DNA from: Carcharhinus longimanus
Taxonomy: Eukaryota
DNA length: 63,615 bases
NCBI GenBank assembly: GCA_030264375.1
Contig: JASCQW010000099.1
Span: forward strand, 64,863,596 to 64,927,210
Reading direction: 5' to 3'
Position 1 is the first letter of the stretch. Each line of letters opens with the position of its first letter. This document shows, in pieces, positions 33,136-46,116 of the stretch. A program made the translations under genes and the position numbers. The notes under the pieces were generated by a model that made no database searches, had not been told where the DNA came from, and saw only the letters and a list, made by a program, of their open reading frames with translations.

Positions 33136-35441
33136 TGACATTATGCAGATCTGTAAAATCCATGCTAACTTCCATCTATGGTACTGCAAGTAGCTCAGAC
33201 ATTTTGATAAGATCACAAAGATTTGGCATTGTGGTTACTTGACATGGCAAGCATTGATTGATTTTTGCGCTCTATCACGTGGTTAATTCCTGGGAACTAT
33301 ATCTTTCCCGAAGGAGTTGTTCAACAGTTCCCTGGAAACCTTCATGTGCTACATCCACAACACATTCCTTCAAAAATATGAAATGTCAATACAGTTGTAG
33401 AGTAACACAAGATTGGATGTGATTGTAACTCATTTTGAACATTGTAACGATCTTGTATTATGTGTGATTCATTTCTAGACACTCTGAATCATGTCTTTAC
33501 AGTTTTGTGATTCAAAGCAATTGAGTTTTCAACAAAGTTTACACCGTTTGCCAGTTATAGGACATTCTGTCTGCTGCAGTTAAACAGTACCACCAAAATA
33601 TTCTTTGGCCAAGTCTCAACTCTGTGAGACCGTTGTTGCTTTTTAGATTGTTTCCTGGCACGTGAGCAATGAACAGTGTTTGCAGGAGTTGAATTTGGAG
33701 TGTGGTAATTACTGTTGGCAGCAATAACTTCTGTAACTCTTTAAACAATAGTGATTTTGCTGACTCCAGCAGCTCTGACAGTTTTCTTTCTCAAATGCTT
33801 TGCAGCCTAGTTGATTGGAGACACACCCTTCAATTATTTGTTTTGATTTCCAGCTCAACATGTTCAACATCACCAATGTTGCATTTGGTTGCTAGTTGCG
33901 TCAATTGTGTGTGAGATTGGTTAATTGTCTTGTCAACTTATTACATAGTGCATCAGATGACAATTGTTTTGTATAAAATGTTTTCTTGGGTACAAAATTG
34001 GTTGTGAGTGCAGTTTTTGCTGAGTTGTATTTGCTTTTGTCATGTGTAGTATCCCATCATGCCTTAGTCAAGCAGTATTCTTTAATACAGAATATGATAG
34101 CTTTTAAAAAAACATGTTTAAATTCTCTAACAGTGGTTATATGTATTTTGATGCAGAATGTATCTTTGAAACTCCAGGAACTTTGTACTTTTTAAATAAT
34201 ATATTCACTCTAAATTTGTCTATCTTGATCTATTATTCTTTTCAGTCCCAGGTTATCCTAACCCTTCTAACACTCAGTAAGAAGCATTCAGAATGGAAAA
34301 TGTGCATGCTGTTAAAACATGGATTCTTTTAATAGACTCCCTATTCTGGTACCTATGTGTATGACAGACTTAAATGGACAAAATGCATAATGCAACTTTT
34401 AACACACTACAACCTACAAAACATTTGTGAAGAAATTAATATCTTTATTGCAACAGTATTTCTTTAAATCCCATTCCATTGCATGGTTCCCATGCTATTC
34501 CTGTCATGCTATACCCACTCTATTTATTTTGTTCCTTTCATAAATTCCCCATCCCATCTCCCACCAAAGCCCTTCTTCCTATCTCATTCCTACGTTTGTT
34601 CAATCACTTGCATGCATTCTCCCCATTCCATGCCATTTCCCTATGCTCTCTCAAGGGTTCCACCCACACCCATGCCATTCTGCCAACAACTCCCCAATCC
34701 CATTAGCCAGGGTATATTTGTTGTTGGGCTTCCCTTGCCTCCTTCTTTTCTTTTTCTCCACCTACAACAGTTGTCAACTCAGATGTCTCACACATTCCAC
34801 ATCTCAGCAGCCAAACCTCAAAACAGCACCACTAATTAAAGCTCATAGAAAAGTAAGACTAATTTTATGAGGGCTGACATCCAAGAACATGTGGACAGAC
34901 ACAGCTTCAAGCTCTGCTCCTCACACATTCAGATCTCTTGATCTAAATTGCCTAGAAGTTGAAGCATCTCCCATCTGCAGTGGTTGAGGATATGGGGGAA
35001 ATGAAAGTGTGCAGGGAGAGTGGAAAATCAGACAGGAGGGTCAGATCAGGCTGGTTATGGCCTTTTCTGGCTACAGAGGCCTCGGTAGTGGCTGAGGAAA
35101 CAGGTTTGACGAATATAAGCTTAATTGTAATTAGATGTCACATGGTTTTCCCTCAGCCACCAGTTCATTATGCCTCCCCATATTCTACCACTATCTTTCA
35201 CCCTGTAAAACTCTTAAACCTATTCAGAGATACTTAATCTGGAGGTTGGCATGCCTGACCCCAATAGAGGGGAGTGTAGTCAAAATTCTAGCACTGAAGA
35301 TCTTCCCCAGGCAGATGAATCTCAAACCCACTCAAATCCCAGAATCTGACACGTCCTTGCAGATCATTTCCCCACTAACTGTGTGCTGCATATGCCAGTT
35401 TGAATGAGAATTCCTGCATACGTGCACTTCTCATCCTTTCT

Positions 35442-35720
35442 TAAGAACATAAGAAATAGGAGCAGGAGTAGGCCAACTAGCCCTTCGAGCCTGCCCTGCC
35501 ATTCAATAAGATCATGGCNNNNNNNNNNNNNNNNNNNNNNNNNNNNNNNNNNNNNNNNNNNNNNNNNNNNNNNNNNNNNNNNNNNNNNNNNNNNNNNNNN
35601 NNNNNNNNNNNNNNNNNNCCTATCCTTCCTAAACACTTGATACCCCTGGACATTCAGCTCCCAGTCCCTGTCACCTTGCAGCCACGTCTCTGTAACGGCC
35701 ACCAGATCATATCCCCTAAG
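35442..35720 (-). mobile_element. Young CR1: 3' tail, 100-N gap, endonuclease start
   Basis: Tail nearly identical to 22786-22860; AVTETWLQGDRDWELNVQGYQVFRKDR on the other side of the gap. Confidence 0.85.
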
Positions 35721-37374
35721 GCCAGGTTAGAAAAAAAAGAAGTGAAATGGAATTAATTTCATTTTCTCTAAGGTTTTCTGATTGAGACAGGAAGGAAAAT
35801 AAATGCATATCTACTTCAATCTACTCTGTAAAAATTTTCATTTTTACTTTTAGAATGGACAGGGTTTTATCCCGACTAGCCATGACTGATGCCTGAGGAA
35901 TTTCTAACCTTCAAGCGAACAGTAGTGTATTGTTTTCTTTTTAAAAAAGATCCCAGTGCCCCTCTTGGAGCTGCACAAAGCTTCTTTGCATTTCTGAAGA
36001 AGAATTATGGTCATCAGAGGTGTTGTGTCTCCAAGGACCAAGGCAGCTGCTTGTGACTCCTAATATCCAATGTGGTGTTAATGGCCTGATCATTACCTGC
36101 TTCAGAACACAATAGGCTTCTATCAGGGACCTTGACAGCCAACCCAAAACTTCACCATCACACGACCAAACCTTAAGCTATTTGAATTCCTTTAATTAAT
36201 AAACTGTCTTCTTATATTCGATCATTGTTAGATCTCCAAAAAGAAAAGGACTTCAGGCAGCAGCCTATGTCTGTCTAGCATCTTACCATCAAACAGGTAG
36301 CAACAGGAGGAACTCTGTCCGGGTACAATCGCCTGGCCTTCATTTACACTGTGAGCTACTGGAACATTGGAACTGGTGCCTTCAGGATTAATTTAACTCT
36401 GTGTGCCTTCTACCCTGGTGGAGGTCTCAGTTCTGGAAAGACAGATCACCCTGCGACAATCAACCAACTGATCCGCAGAAGACTTTTGATTGTGAATTCA
36501 CATAAAGCCATAATTTATATATTTTGTGGTCTGGCCTTGTAACCCTTTCTTTCCCTTATCCTTCTTATGATTGCAAAAGGGGCAGATGTTGCAAAAGCCT
36601 ACATTTTGTGTATATGTGTGAAATAAACTGACCCTTTTGTTTTATCTTAGCTCAAATTTGTTTTTATTCATGAAGGATTGGAACACTCCAAATTTAAGGG
36701 TTAGGGAAAATACGCCACCACTTATAAAGGGTAAGTCAAAACCCAAAAACACCTTTCTGGTTACAGAAAGGTAGTGAGAGAGAGCTGTTTAAATGACCTC
36801 ACTTCCTGTCCATAACAGTTGTTTCTGCTTACATATACCAAAGCATGTTTTACCTTTTTTCTTTTTTCAACTTCTCCCTATTTACTTGAGGTAGCCACAA
36901 GACTGCTTGATTACTCTTCTCCATCACCTCCTGCCATCCACCCATTATTCTTCCAATTCCACTATGATTAAGCGTCTCATCATCAGATACTCTAATCTGC
37001 TCTTCAGCATGCTGCTTCTCTTTCTTCCTGGCAGTCTGTCTCTATCGCTTGTCTGATCACAAGTCCTCTCCCTTTCTGCAGCATATAACCATACCATTTC
37101 AACCTTTTCTTGGCTACTTTAATTGATTAATTAATTCACAATATCACTCATTCCCTGATCTACTGATTTTTGATCTTGACTTTCTCATTGCTCCACACAT
37201 CTATCTCAGCATTCACATCTCAATAGTATCAAAGCATTGTTCCTGTCTTAATGTTGCCCAAGTTTCTGCACTATACAAACAATGATAGTGCATGTTTTTG
37301 TTGGGAAAAGCATAACTTCACAGACTGGAGTTCTTAAAAGTTTTGGAAGGACATTTCATTATTGAAACTAACAT

Positions 37375-37772
37375 TTCAGATTCCAGCACCTGCAATAATT
37401 TGTTTTTATCCTGGAAAATTCCACACACGAGGATGGCCTCAACCGGGATCTTGGGTTCATGTCACACTATCTGTAGCCCCCATAACTTGCCTGGCCTTGC
37501 AAAATCTCACTAACTGTCCTGGCTTGAGACAATTCACACCTCTTTAACCTGTACTTAACCCTCTCTCCACTTGCATTACCTGCAAAGATTTGATTACCTG
37601 TTAAGACTTGCATTCCAACCCATGATCTTGTAAATTGAGTCTGTGTCTATATATACCCTGTTTGTGACTCCAATCCCCTACGCATCTGATGAAGGAGCAG
37701 CACTCTGAAAACTCGTGCTACCAAATAAACCTGTTGGAATTTAACCTAGTGTTGTGAGGCTTCTTACTGTGA
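37375..37772 (+). mobile_element. Penelope-like element 3' end/pLTR with degenerate hammerhead (37682-37718)
   Basis: GGCCTCAACCGGGATCTTGGGTTCATG ORF end; CTGATGA-A-GGAG-cagca-CTCT-GAAA. Confidence 0.7.
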
Positions 37773-37960
37773 CATTTTAACATGATAGTAATTAAGTTGT
37801 GAATCAATTTCTAGGAGATGCAGAAATAACAGTCAGAAAATTGACTTTTTAAATTTGTTTAAGAATGCTTTGCACTGGGTGATATTTTCTCTTTGAGAGG
37901 TGACTTTGGTATCAGTCCCAAGCATTGCCTTTTATGTTGCCGGCTAGCAGAGGGTGGTAA

Positions 37961-38050
37961 AACTACAACTCCCAGCGTGCCTTGCGTGGCCACGCAAGCG
38001 CAGTGGCAGTTTTTTTTTCGCGAGGGGAGTGCGGGGGAGCGCTTGACCGC
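37961..38050 (+). promoter_or_regulatory. TTC7A proximal promoter with extended ZNF143 (SBS) motif
   Basis: ACTACAACTCCCAGCGTGCCTTGCG at 37962-37986, CpG-rich, about 100 bp upstream of the TTC7A ATG. Confidence 0.75.
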
Positions 38051-38079
38051 AGTTTCCTATTTGAGTGGCAGAAACGGCA

Positions 38080-38206
38080 ATGGCCTCCAGGATATCATTC
38101 TCACAGTACAAACTGGAAGTGGAGATAGAAAAGTGCCGGGGGGAATGTCAGTGGGACAAAGTTCAAAACCTGGTGAGGCAACTGCCTCCCAAGACTTCGG
38201 GGAACG
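38080..38206 (+). CDS. TTC7A: TTC7A coding exon 1 (MASRISFSQYKLEVEIEKCRGECQWDKVQNLVRQLPPKTSGN-D)
   Basis: gcaATGG start context, |gtaagt donor, 127 nt (phase 1). E-I-E-x-C-R-x-E-x-x-W motif of TTC7 N-termini. Confidence 0.9.
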
Positions 38207-38751
38207 GTAAGTCGTGCTGAGCTTTTCCCCACTTACACAGCCCTGCTGATCAGGTAGGTGACTTTGCTGAGTGCTCGGGAAGAGTTTAGTGACCTCTGCT
38301 GTAGATAAAACAACATATTTCTTTGGCATCTGGAAAAAGTGCTGGCTGAAGAATGAAGTCCAAGTTGACAGAGGTTAACTTTGGACAATCCCAGGAGATG
38401 AGGGTGTGGAAATCTGGAGTAATTGCTGTGAAAATTGTGCAGCGATCTACCTTCAAGGTGCTGTGCATTGCCTGAATTTTGTCTTCAGTGTGTTTTCTCA
38501 CCTTCCGCTTTAACGGCATCGTGTTTGGAGCCACAGAGACGTGTTTCACTTCTCCTTTGCCGTTTATTTTTTTCTTTCTTCACAAGTAGGAGTTTTCAGG
38601 TGTTTTTGGTCATTTAAATTTTGAGTGAGTTTCCCTTCGCCCTCCCCCCCCCCCCCCCATTGATGCCAATACGTTTATCATGTTGGAACGAATGAGGTTG
38701 CAGTCAGATTGTAACCGTAATGTCAGTGCCAACTGGTTTTGCTTTTGCGAG

Positions 38752-39510
38752 CAAGGCACAATGCTGCAGATGCTGGAAATCTCAAGTCAAAGTTGGCAGT
38801 AAATCTGGAAGCACGCTCAGCAGGAGAGGGAGAATCTGTGGAGAGGAAAGCAGAGTACAAGAGGTTTAAAGTTCATTTATTAGTGTCACGAGCAGGCTTA
38901 CATTAATACTTCATTAAAGTTACTGTGAAAATCCCCTAGACGCCACACTCCGGAGTCTGTTCAGGTACAGTAAGGGAGAATTTAACATAGCCGTTTCACC
39001 AAACCAGTATGGCATTTACACTGTGGAAGGAAACTGGAATGCCCAAAGGAAACCCACGCAGACACAGGGAGAACGTGCCAACCGCACACGCAGTGATCCT
39101 AGCCGGGAATCAAACCCAAGTCCTTGGCACTGTGAGGTAGCAGTGCAAACCACTATGCTGCCCCTAAAAGGGGACAAAGAAAAGATTGCAGAGCATGGGG
39201 AAGGCACAACAGACTGCACTTGGCAGAAAGAATCAAACTGAAAGGTATTGTCTGAAGTCAATGCTGAGTCCAAAAGGCTGCAAAGCATCTTCTCAAAGTG
39301 CTATTCCTGTGCTTCTGGAACACTCCAGCAGGCCAAGGACAGAAATGCGAGCGTGTGAACAAATCTGTGAATTAAAATGGTAAGAAACTGTAAGATCAGG
39401 GTCATGCTTATGGACTGAATGGAGGTGCTCCATAAATTGATTACCCAGTCTCTGTTTGGTCTCCCCAGTGTGGAGGAGACTGCGTTGTGTCTGCATCTGG
39501 TTTTCATGTT
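38752..39510 (-). mobile_element. Penelope-like element remnant with GIY-YIG endonuclease, interrupted by a tail-B SINE (38866-39163)
   Basis: SLLHTGETKQRLGNQFMEHLHSVHKHDPDLTVSYHFNS...HARISVLGLL at 39293-39496; terminal-repeat sequence at 38752-38860. Confidence 0.75.
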
Positions 39511-39869
39511 TTTGCTTTCACACGTGGCTGTCCTTTACGCTGCAATTAACGGTTTGGAAAAATGTGGTCTGAAAAAGAGGAAGTGATACCACTTCTTCCC
39601 TTTGAAGAAACCACAGCTGTCAATCGGGCATAAAGTCTTTGTAAACGTTGGTTCAGAACTGTGGAGGCACCTGAGATGCAAGCAAGCATGAAGGGCAATG
39701 TAAATAAACAGGATTACTGGAGGCTGACTAGAAATCCATTAGTTGTCAATGGAAACCTATTTCAAAGCACTTTCAAATTGAAGTGATCAAAGGTTTCAAT
39801 GGAATTATGTAGGTTTCAACTTGCTAGGAAGGCTCAGAGACTTCAAATAAATCAGTGTGAATACACTTG

Positions 39870-40700
39870 GGGTGGGGGCACAGATGTGGAGAAGTGATTT
39901 TTTTTTCCCACCTCCCCAGTGAAATTGGCATATCTCTGTCAGAGCACTTCAAAGGGATCTTATCACACCTGCAGCTTCTGACAGAATGGAATGGAAGGGA
40001 AACTCCTTTAAAAGCCTACCGGCCTGTTCAGAGGCACAGACATTAAAGTGACCTGGCCACTTCAAACTTTTACAGGCTGGAATGAAGATGTTGATCAGAG
40101 CTGCTTGAAATCACTATGCCTAGGATAATTTTTCAGGTTTACCAGGGCCAGAAGGGGTAGTCCAGCCACAAGACCCTCATCCCAAGGAAGGTAGCTAGGC
40201 TAACCCCCAAGACCCCAGGGGGACCCTTCTTCTGCAGCCTGGCAGTGTCAAAGAGGCACATTGTCATAGGACCTATCGCCTTGATCCCCATGGGGCCCAA
40301 GGTGCCAGACTAGGATGGCAGGGGCAGTGCACTATTGCCAAGGCATGTGGCCTGAAGGAGGGCATATGTGGGGTGGGAGTAAGCTCTCTGGGTGTTTTGA
40401 GTTGGGAGGGGACTGAGGGGGATGGGATCTGGGGGAGACTATGTGGCTTGAGGATGGAGTGGGGCTGAATGGGGACGACTAAGGGGGAAGGGGTTTGATG
40501 GATAGGTGGATAAGGGAAGCTGAATGGCTGGTCTGAGGGAGGTTGTGGGGGCCTCAGGGTGGACGGGCCACCATTTCATTTTTTGGAGGGGGGCATGTCT
40601 CCGACTGTGGAGATAGGGGCGCTGTTGCTCTCTGAATATTGGGGCTGGCCCGTGGGTTTCCTGGGTTGGGCTCATTTGCATCTTTCAGGTGGATGAAAGA
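39870..40700. mobile_element. Diverged GC-rich non-autonomous DNA transposon-like segment
   Basis: GC-rich with GGCAGTGCC/TGCCA motifs as in the 12258 and 20037 elements; ends unclear. Confidence 0.35.
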
Positions 40701-40803
40701 TTAAGTTAGCCAAGACCCTAACTTTTACATTTGATTTTGGCATTAAGATGAGCATAAGATATTTCGCTCCAGGTATAATTCAAGTGATGCATGAGAAAGC
40801 TTT

Positions 40804-41633
40804 TGTCACAACAAAATTAAGAACACAGTTAGAATATAATAAAAATAATTAGCATAACTTTTACCAGTTAAAATATTGAAGCATGACAAAGTATAATTCT
40901 TAACAGCTAGCTATCTTGTATTATTCCAATTTAGCAGTATCCCCTCATAGACATAAATTCCTTCTTTAGAACCAGTTAGTACAGAAACCAAACATGCTTA
41001 CACGGGTACAAGATTTCTAGACTTTTAAGAGTGATCCAGATAGACACTTGAGGTGGGATTTTACGGCCTCGCTCATCACAAAACAATCCTGTCCGAGGTC
41101 AATGGACCTTTCCATTGTCTGTCCCTCGCTTGATGCAATTCCTGTGCCAGGCAGGACAGCAAAATTCCGGCTTTGACTTCTAATTTTCATGCAGTAACTT
41201 GCAGAGAAAGCTCTACTCCCAGACTGTAGAATCTCAGGAAAAGACTTATTTCTTGGTAGATTTCAGTCTCCACTTCAACAGAACAATAGATACAGAGAAA
41301 ATGCCCTCTCTCTAAAGATCCCAAAAAGCAGACTACCCTGAACTCTCTGCAAAAATGTAGCTGTACCCAGTTATATGACCTTGCCTGTCAATTGACATAA
41401 TCAAGCCCCAGTCTGAAATATCTTGGGGGGGAAAGCATAAAACAACAGAACCCTGCATTAGTTCAGATTAAAACAAACATTGCAGCCATTAAGATGAATT
41501 ATGCTGCTACAGAAATGGTAAAGTGCTGCTGGAGCCAGACAAAATGTCTCTGATAAAATGGAAAGGACTAATAAACACATTCAGCACTGAAACATGACTA
41601 AAATATCTTTCTTAAAGGCACAACACTGTTACA
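40804..41633. mobile_element. Possible solo-LTR remnant carrying a MITE (about 41050-41172)
   Basis: TGTCACA ... TGTTACA inverted termini; no TSD seen. MITE flanked by TTG/TTG. Confidence 0.35.
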
Positions 41634-41939
41634 CCATCATACAGAAGGGTAATAAGGCATGAATGTTCGGTCACAATTTTTTTACCGTATTATCTGTAAT
41701 CAGTTTCTAAAAAGAAAATTATCAAAGGATACGGGAGAATGGTAGGAAGATTGTTTTTGAGGAAATATCTCCAGATGGAGGGCAGCAGTAGCATGGGTGC
41801 GAGATGGGCTAAATGACCTTCTGTTCTGTTGTAATTTCTTCAACTCTGTTCTCAAACCAATCCTGCTCTAATTTAGTTTGAGCTTGATGAACGGTAGTAA
41901 TTCTGCTTCGAGGCAGTGCTGCTGTGTGTGTATTTATGT

Positions 41940-42505
41940 AGAAATAGAGACATAGAGGTCTACAGCACAGAAAAAGGCCCTTTGGCCCATTATGTCTGTA
42001 CTGGTCAAAGGTAAACTATCCAACAATGCTAATTCCATTTTCCAGCACTTGGTCTATAGCTTTCTATGTCTTGATGTTGCAAATGCACATCTAAACACCA
42101 TTTAAATGTTAATGGGGTCTCTGTCTTCACCACCCTTCCAAGCAGTGAATTCCAGGCTCCCACCATCCTCCTAGATGAAAAAGCTTTTTCTTGCACCCCC
42201 TCTAAACCTCCTGCCCCTTATCTTAAATCCATGCTCCCTAATCATTGATCTCTTCACCAAGAAGAAAAATTTCTTCCTGCCTACTCATATTTATGCCCCT
42301 CATAATTTTATACATCTCAGTCATGTTCTCCCTCCGTCTGCTCTACTCCAAGGAAAACAATCCCAGTCTATTCCAATATCTCTTCATAACTAAAACTCTC
42401 CAGCCAAGGCAACATCCTGGTGAATCCCCTCTGCACTCTTTCCGGTGCTAATACCTCACTCCTATATTATGGATCCCTACTACCTTAAGGGATCGGTGTA
42501 TATGT
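41940..42505 (-). mobile_element. Diverged CR1 LINE 3' part
   Basis: Antisense CR1 tail and RT C-terminal remnants. Confidence 0.75.
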
Positions 42506-42766
42506 GCATCAAGGTGCTAGACCAGCTTGTGTCTTTTTTTTGCTAGCAGGTCAACGCAACTTGTCGTATACCTCAAGTTGAATTTGTGCCAGCACTTTGT
42601 TCAATCTGTACCTTGTGTTCTGTGCATTTATATAAAGAACACTTATTTGGGCTCCGTATCCTAGTCTGTGCTTTTGTTCTAATGTTTTACTCCTATGTTT
42701 CTTACTTCTCTCCTGATTTAATTACATCTTTTAGTTTCCCCTTTTCCCCTTTATGCACCGCAGAAA

Positions 42767-43102
42767 TTCACCAAAGATCGTCAGACAGCACCTTCCAAAC
42801 CCATGACCGCTTTCATCTAGAAGGACGAGGGTAATAGATACATGGAAGTACCATCACCTTCAAGTTCCCCTCCAAGCTACTCACCATTCTGATCTTGAAA
42901 TATATTGCCAGTTCTTCGTAGTTGCTGGGTCAAAATCCTGGAACTCCCTCCCTAATGGTATTGTGGGTCAACCCACAGCGCATGGACTGCATGCTGCGAT
43001 TCAAGAAGGCAGCTCACCACCAGCTTCTCAAGAGCAACTAGGGATGGGCAATAAATCATGACCAGCCAGCGATGCCCATGTTCACCCTTGAATTAAAAAA
43101 AA
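42767..43102 (+). mobile_element. CR1/L2-group LINE 3' end (likely partner of the Deu-SINE); antisense copy at 54490-54690
   Basis: TCCTGGAACTCCCT...TTCAAGAAGGCAGCTCACCACCA...TAGGGATGGGCAATAAAT. Confidence 0.7.
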
Positions 43103-43486
43103 TCACCTAAAGCACAATTTCTGCCTGTTACTCCATTTTCTTCCCTTTTCTTTGTTTAGAACTATTAATGTTTTATCCTGTTTATCCGATTGCAGAACTC
43201 TCATGAGTCGTCCGGCTGCTAATTCAATGGTCCTGATGGTATATTTCTGTGAAAATCTAGTGCAGAAAACGTGTGGGCTTTCTGTGATGAACTCTGAGTG
43301 AATGGCCTGCTTTTGAGGTTCACTAATGAAAGTGACCACATTATAAGATACTGGAAGGTGGTTGCTGTACTAAGTTTTTGGTGGCAGAAGTCCATTCACC
43401 AAAATCCCTTTATTTACAATTCCAACAGCAGTACACAGAGTGCTATCTATCAGCAGTATACCTTTGGGAGTGCCAGTTCCTCTGGT

Positions 43487-43528
43487 AGTTCACCTGATGA
43501 AGGGGCAAACCCCGAAAGCTTGTGAGTT
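43487..43528 (+). ncRNA. Minimal type-I hammerhead ribozyme motif in a Penelope pLTR fragment (43487-43620)
   Basis: Stem I TCAC/GTGA, core CTGATGA, stem II GGGG-caaa-CCCC, GAAA, palindromic AGCT stem III, UH site. Confidence 0.7.
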
Positions 43529-44490
43529 TACTATCAAATAAATTGGTTGGACTTTAACCTGGTGTTGTGCGACTTCTTACTGTGTTCACCCCAGTCCAAC
43601 GTCGGCATCTCCACGTCCATGGGGTGGTCATTGTGTTTCCTTCGCCCAGTCTCCTTCAGAAACATCCTACCTCAATTTTACAGCATAGATTTTTAAATGG
43701 ATTCCACAGAGTACAGGTGGTTCATCAACAGATTCCAAGGTCAAATGGAATAGTTTAGCACAGAAGGAAGCCACTCGCATTGCGAGTTCTTTTGAGGTGC
43801 AATCTAGTTACTTTGCTTTTTCCTGATACTCCTGAATTTTTTTTACAAGTATTAATCTAATTTCTCTTGGAAAGTTGCTTTTCAATGTGCATCCACCAAC
43901 CTATGAGGCAGTGCATTCCAAATCCTAACAATGCATTCTGTAAAAATATTTTTCTTCACATCACCGCTGGTCACTTTGTCAATGATCTTCGATCTGTGCC
44001 CTCGCTTTAGTGAGCCTCAGTCATTGGAAATAGCTTCTGTTTATTTATCCTATCTAAATACTTTATGATTTTAAATACTTCTAGATGTTCCCTTAACCTT
44101 CTCTGCTCTAAGGAAAACAACCCCAGCTTTTCAGTCTATGGAACAATTTCTTTTGTACCCACTCCCATGCCTGTACCCCCTCTCTGTGGACAGAACAGAG
44201 CTAACACTTTGAATCTGGATGATCTCTCAGATTTGAAACATTAACTCTGTTCTCTCCGCAGATGCTGTCAGGCCTGCTGCTTTTTCCAGCATTTTGTTTT
44301 GGTTTTAGATTCCAGCATCCACAGTAATTTGCTTTTTTTCATTAATATATATCACTGAATCTTGAGAAACTCCATTGTTTCATTTTCTCTCGTGCAAAAA
44401 AAAGTTATCAACTTCAACTGTCTGTTTGCTATCCCTTAGTAACTATGTATCCAGACTGCATCAAGTTAAAGGACAGAGACTTGAAACGTT

Positions 44491-44623
44491 GGCCGAATTC
44501 TCTGGCCATTCATATCCTGACACTGACCAAACAGGATGGAGAATTTGGCACTCAACCAAAACTACATTCACTACAGCAGGATGGGAAAGTCGCACTGGCG
44601 TGAATGGTCAGAGAATCCTGCCC
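44491..44623. mobile_element. Harbinger-like MITE with 3-bp TSD (GTT), inserted in a Penelope-type terminal repeat
   Basis: GGCCGAATTCTCTGGCC ... GGTCAGAGAATCCTGCCC; GTT at 44488-44490 and 44624-44626. Confidence 0.75.
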
Positions 44624-44651
44624 GTTAACTTTGTTTTTCTCTCAACAGATA

Positions 44652-46116
44652 TTCGCAGGGGGTATTCGCAGACACCTTCAACCTCTCTTTACAACAATCT
44701 GAGGTCCCGATCTGCTTCAAGACAACGACCATCATCCCGGCAGCAAAGAAAAGTTAGGAAGCGTGCCTTAATGACCATTGTCCGGTGGCTCTGACATCCA
44801 TTATTATGAAGTGCTCCAAAAGATTAGTCATGGTACGAATCAATTCCGGCCTCTCAGATTGCCTGGATCCACTTTGCCTACTGCCACAACAGCAGATGCC
44901 ATCTCCCTGGCCCTGCACTCAACCCTGGAACACATGGATAACGAAGACACCTATGTCACGACTCCTATTTATTGACTACAGCTCAGCCTTTAACATCAAT
45001 ATTCCTACGAAATTCATCTCTAAACTCTGTGCCCCGAGGCTCAACTCCTCCCTCTGCAACTGGTTACTGAACTTCCTAACTCATAGACCTCAATCAGTAA
45101 GGATAGATACCTCCTCCACGATCATCCTCAACACCGATGCCCCACAGCCCATTACAATCCTCCTTATACAGCTGTAACTATGTGGTCAAATTCCCCTCCA
45201 ACTCGATTTTCAAGTTTGTTGATGACACCACCATAGTGGATTGGATCTCAAACAATGACAAGATGGAGTACAGGAAAGAAATAGAGAATCATAAACTGGT
45301 GCGACAACTGTCTGCACCAACCACAATCCCACCCAGGCCCTAACCCCACATCCCTACATGTTTACTCACTAATCCCTCTAACCTACGCGTCTTAGAACAC
45401 TAAGGGCAATTTTAGCATGGTCAATTAACCTAACCCACACATCTTTGGGTGAGAGCTTCGGATGAGAGCTCTCAACATGGTTGAGAGCTTCAAGTTTTTA
45501 GGTGTCCAGATCACCAACAACCTGTTCTGGTCCCTCCATACCGACACTACTGTTAATTAAACCCACGAATGCCTCTGCTTTCTCAGAAGACTAAGGAAAT
45601 TTGGCATGTCTGCTACGACTCTCACTAACTTTTACAGATGCACCACAGAAATCAATTCTGTCTGGTTGTGTCACAACTTGGTATGGTTCGGGCTCTGTCC
45701 AAGGCTGCAAGAAACTACAAAGGTTCGTGAACAAAGTTCAGTCCATCACTCAAATCAGCCTCCCACCCACTGATACTGTCTATACTTCCTGCTGCCTAAA
45801 AAGCAGCTTGCTTAATCAAGGACCCCACATACCCCGGATATACTCTCTTCCATCTTCCTACATCAGGAAAAGGATACAAATGTCTGAGGATATGTACCTA
45901 ACCGACTGAAGAACAGCTTCTTCCCTGCTGCCATCAGACTTCTGAATGGACCTACCTCATATTAAGTTGATCTTTCTCTACATCCTAGCTATGACTGGAA
46001 CAGACATTCTGCACTCTCTCCTTTCTTCTCCATGAACGATATGCTTTGTTTAGTGAGCAAGAAACAATATTTTTCACTGTATACCAATACATGTGAAAAT
46101 AATAAATCACATCAAA
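44652..46116 (+). mobile_element. Rex1/Babar-clade LINE (RT region to 3' end) containing a V-SINE fragment at 45311-45449
   Basis: VALTSIIMKC, TADAISLALHSTLEH, RLLFIDYSSAFN, LCNWLLNFLTHRPQSVRI, FVDDTT, SILSGCVTTWYG; frameshifted. Confidence 0.85.

Noticed and set aside
33270-33312. Possible third promoter (CACGTG plus degenerate ZNF143-like CTGGGAACTATAT)
   Set aside because: Motif is mismatched, there is no CpG island and no associated exon.
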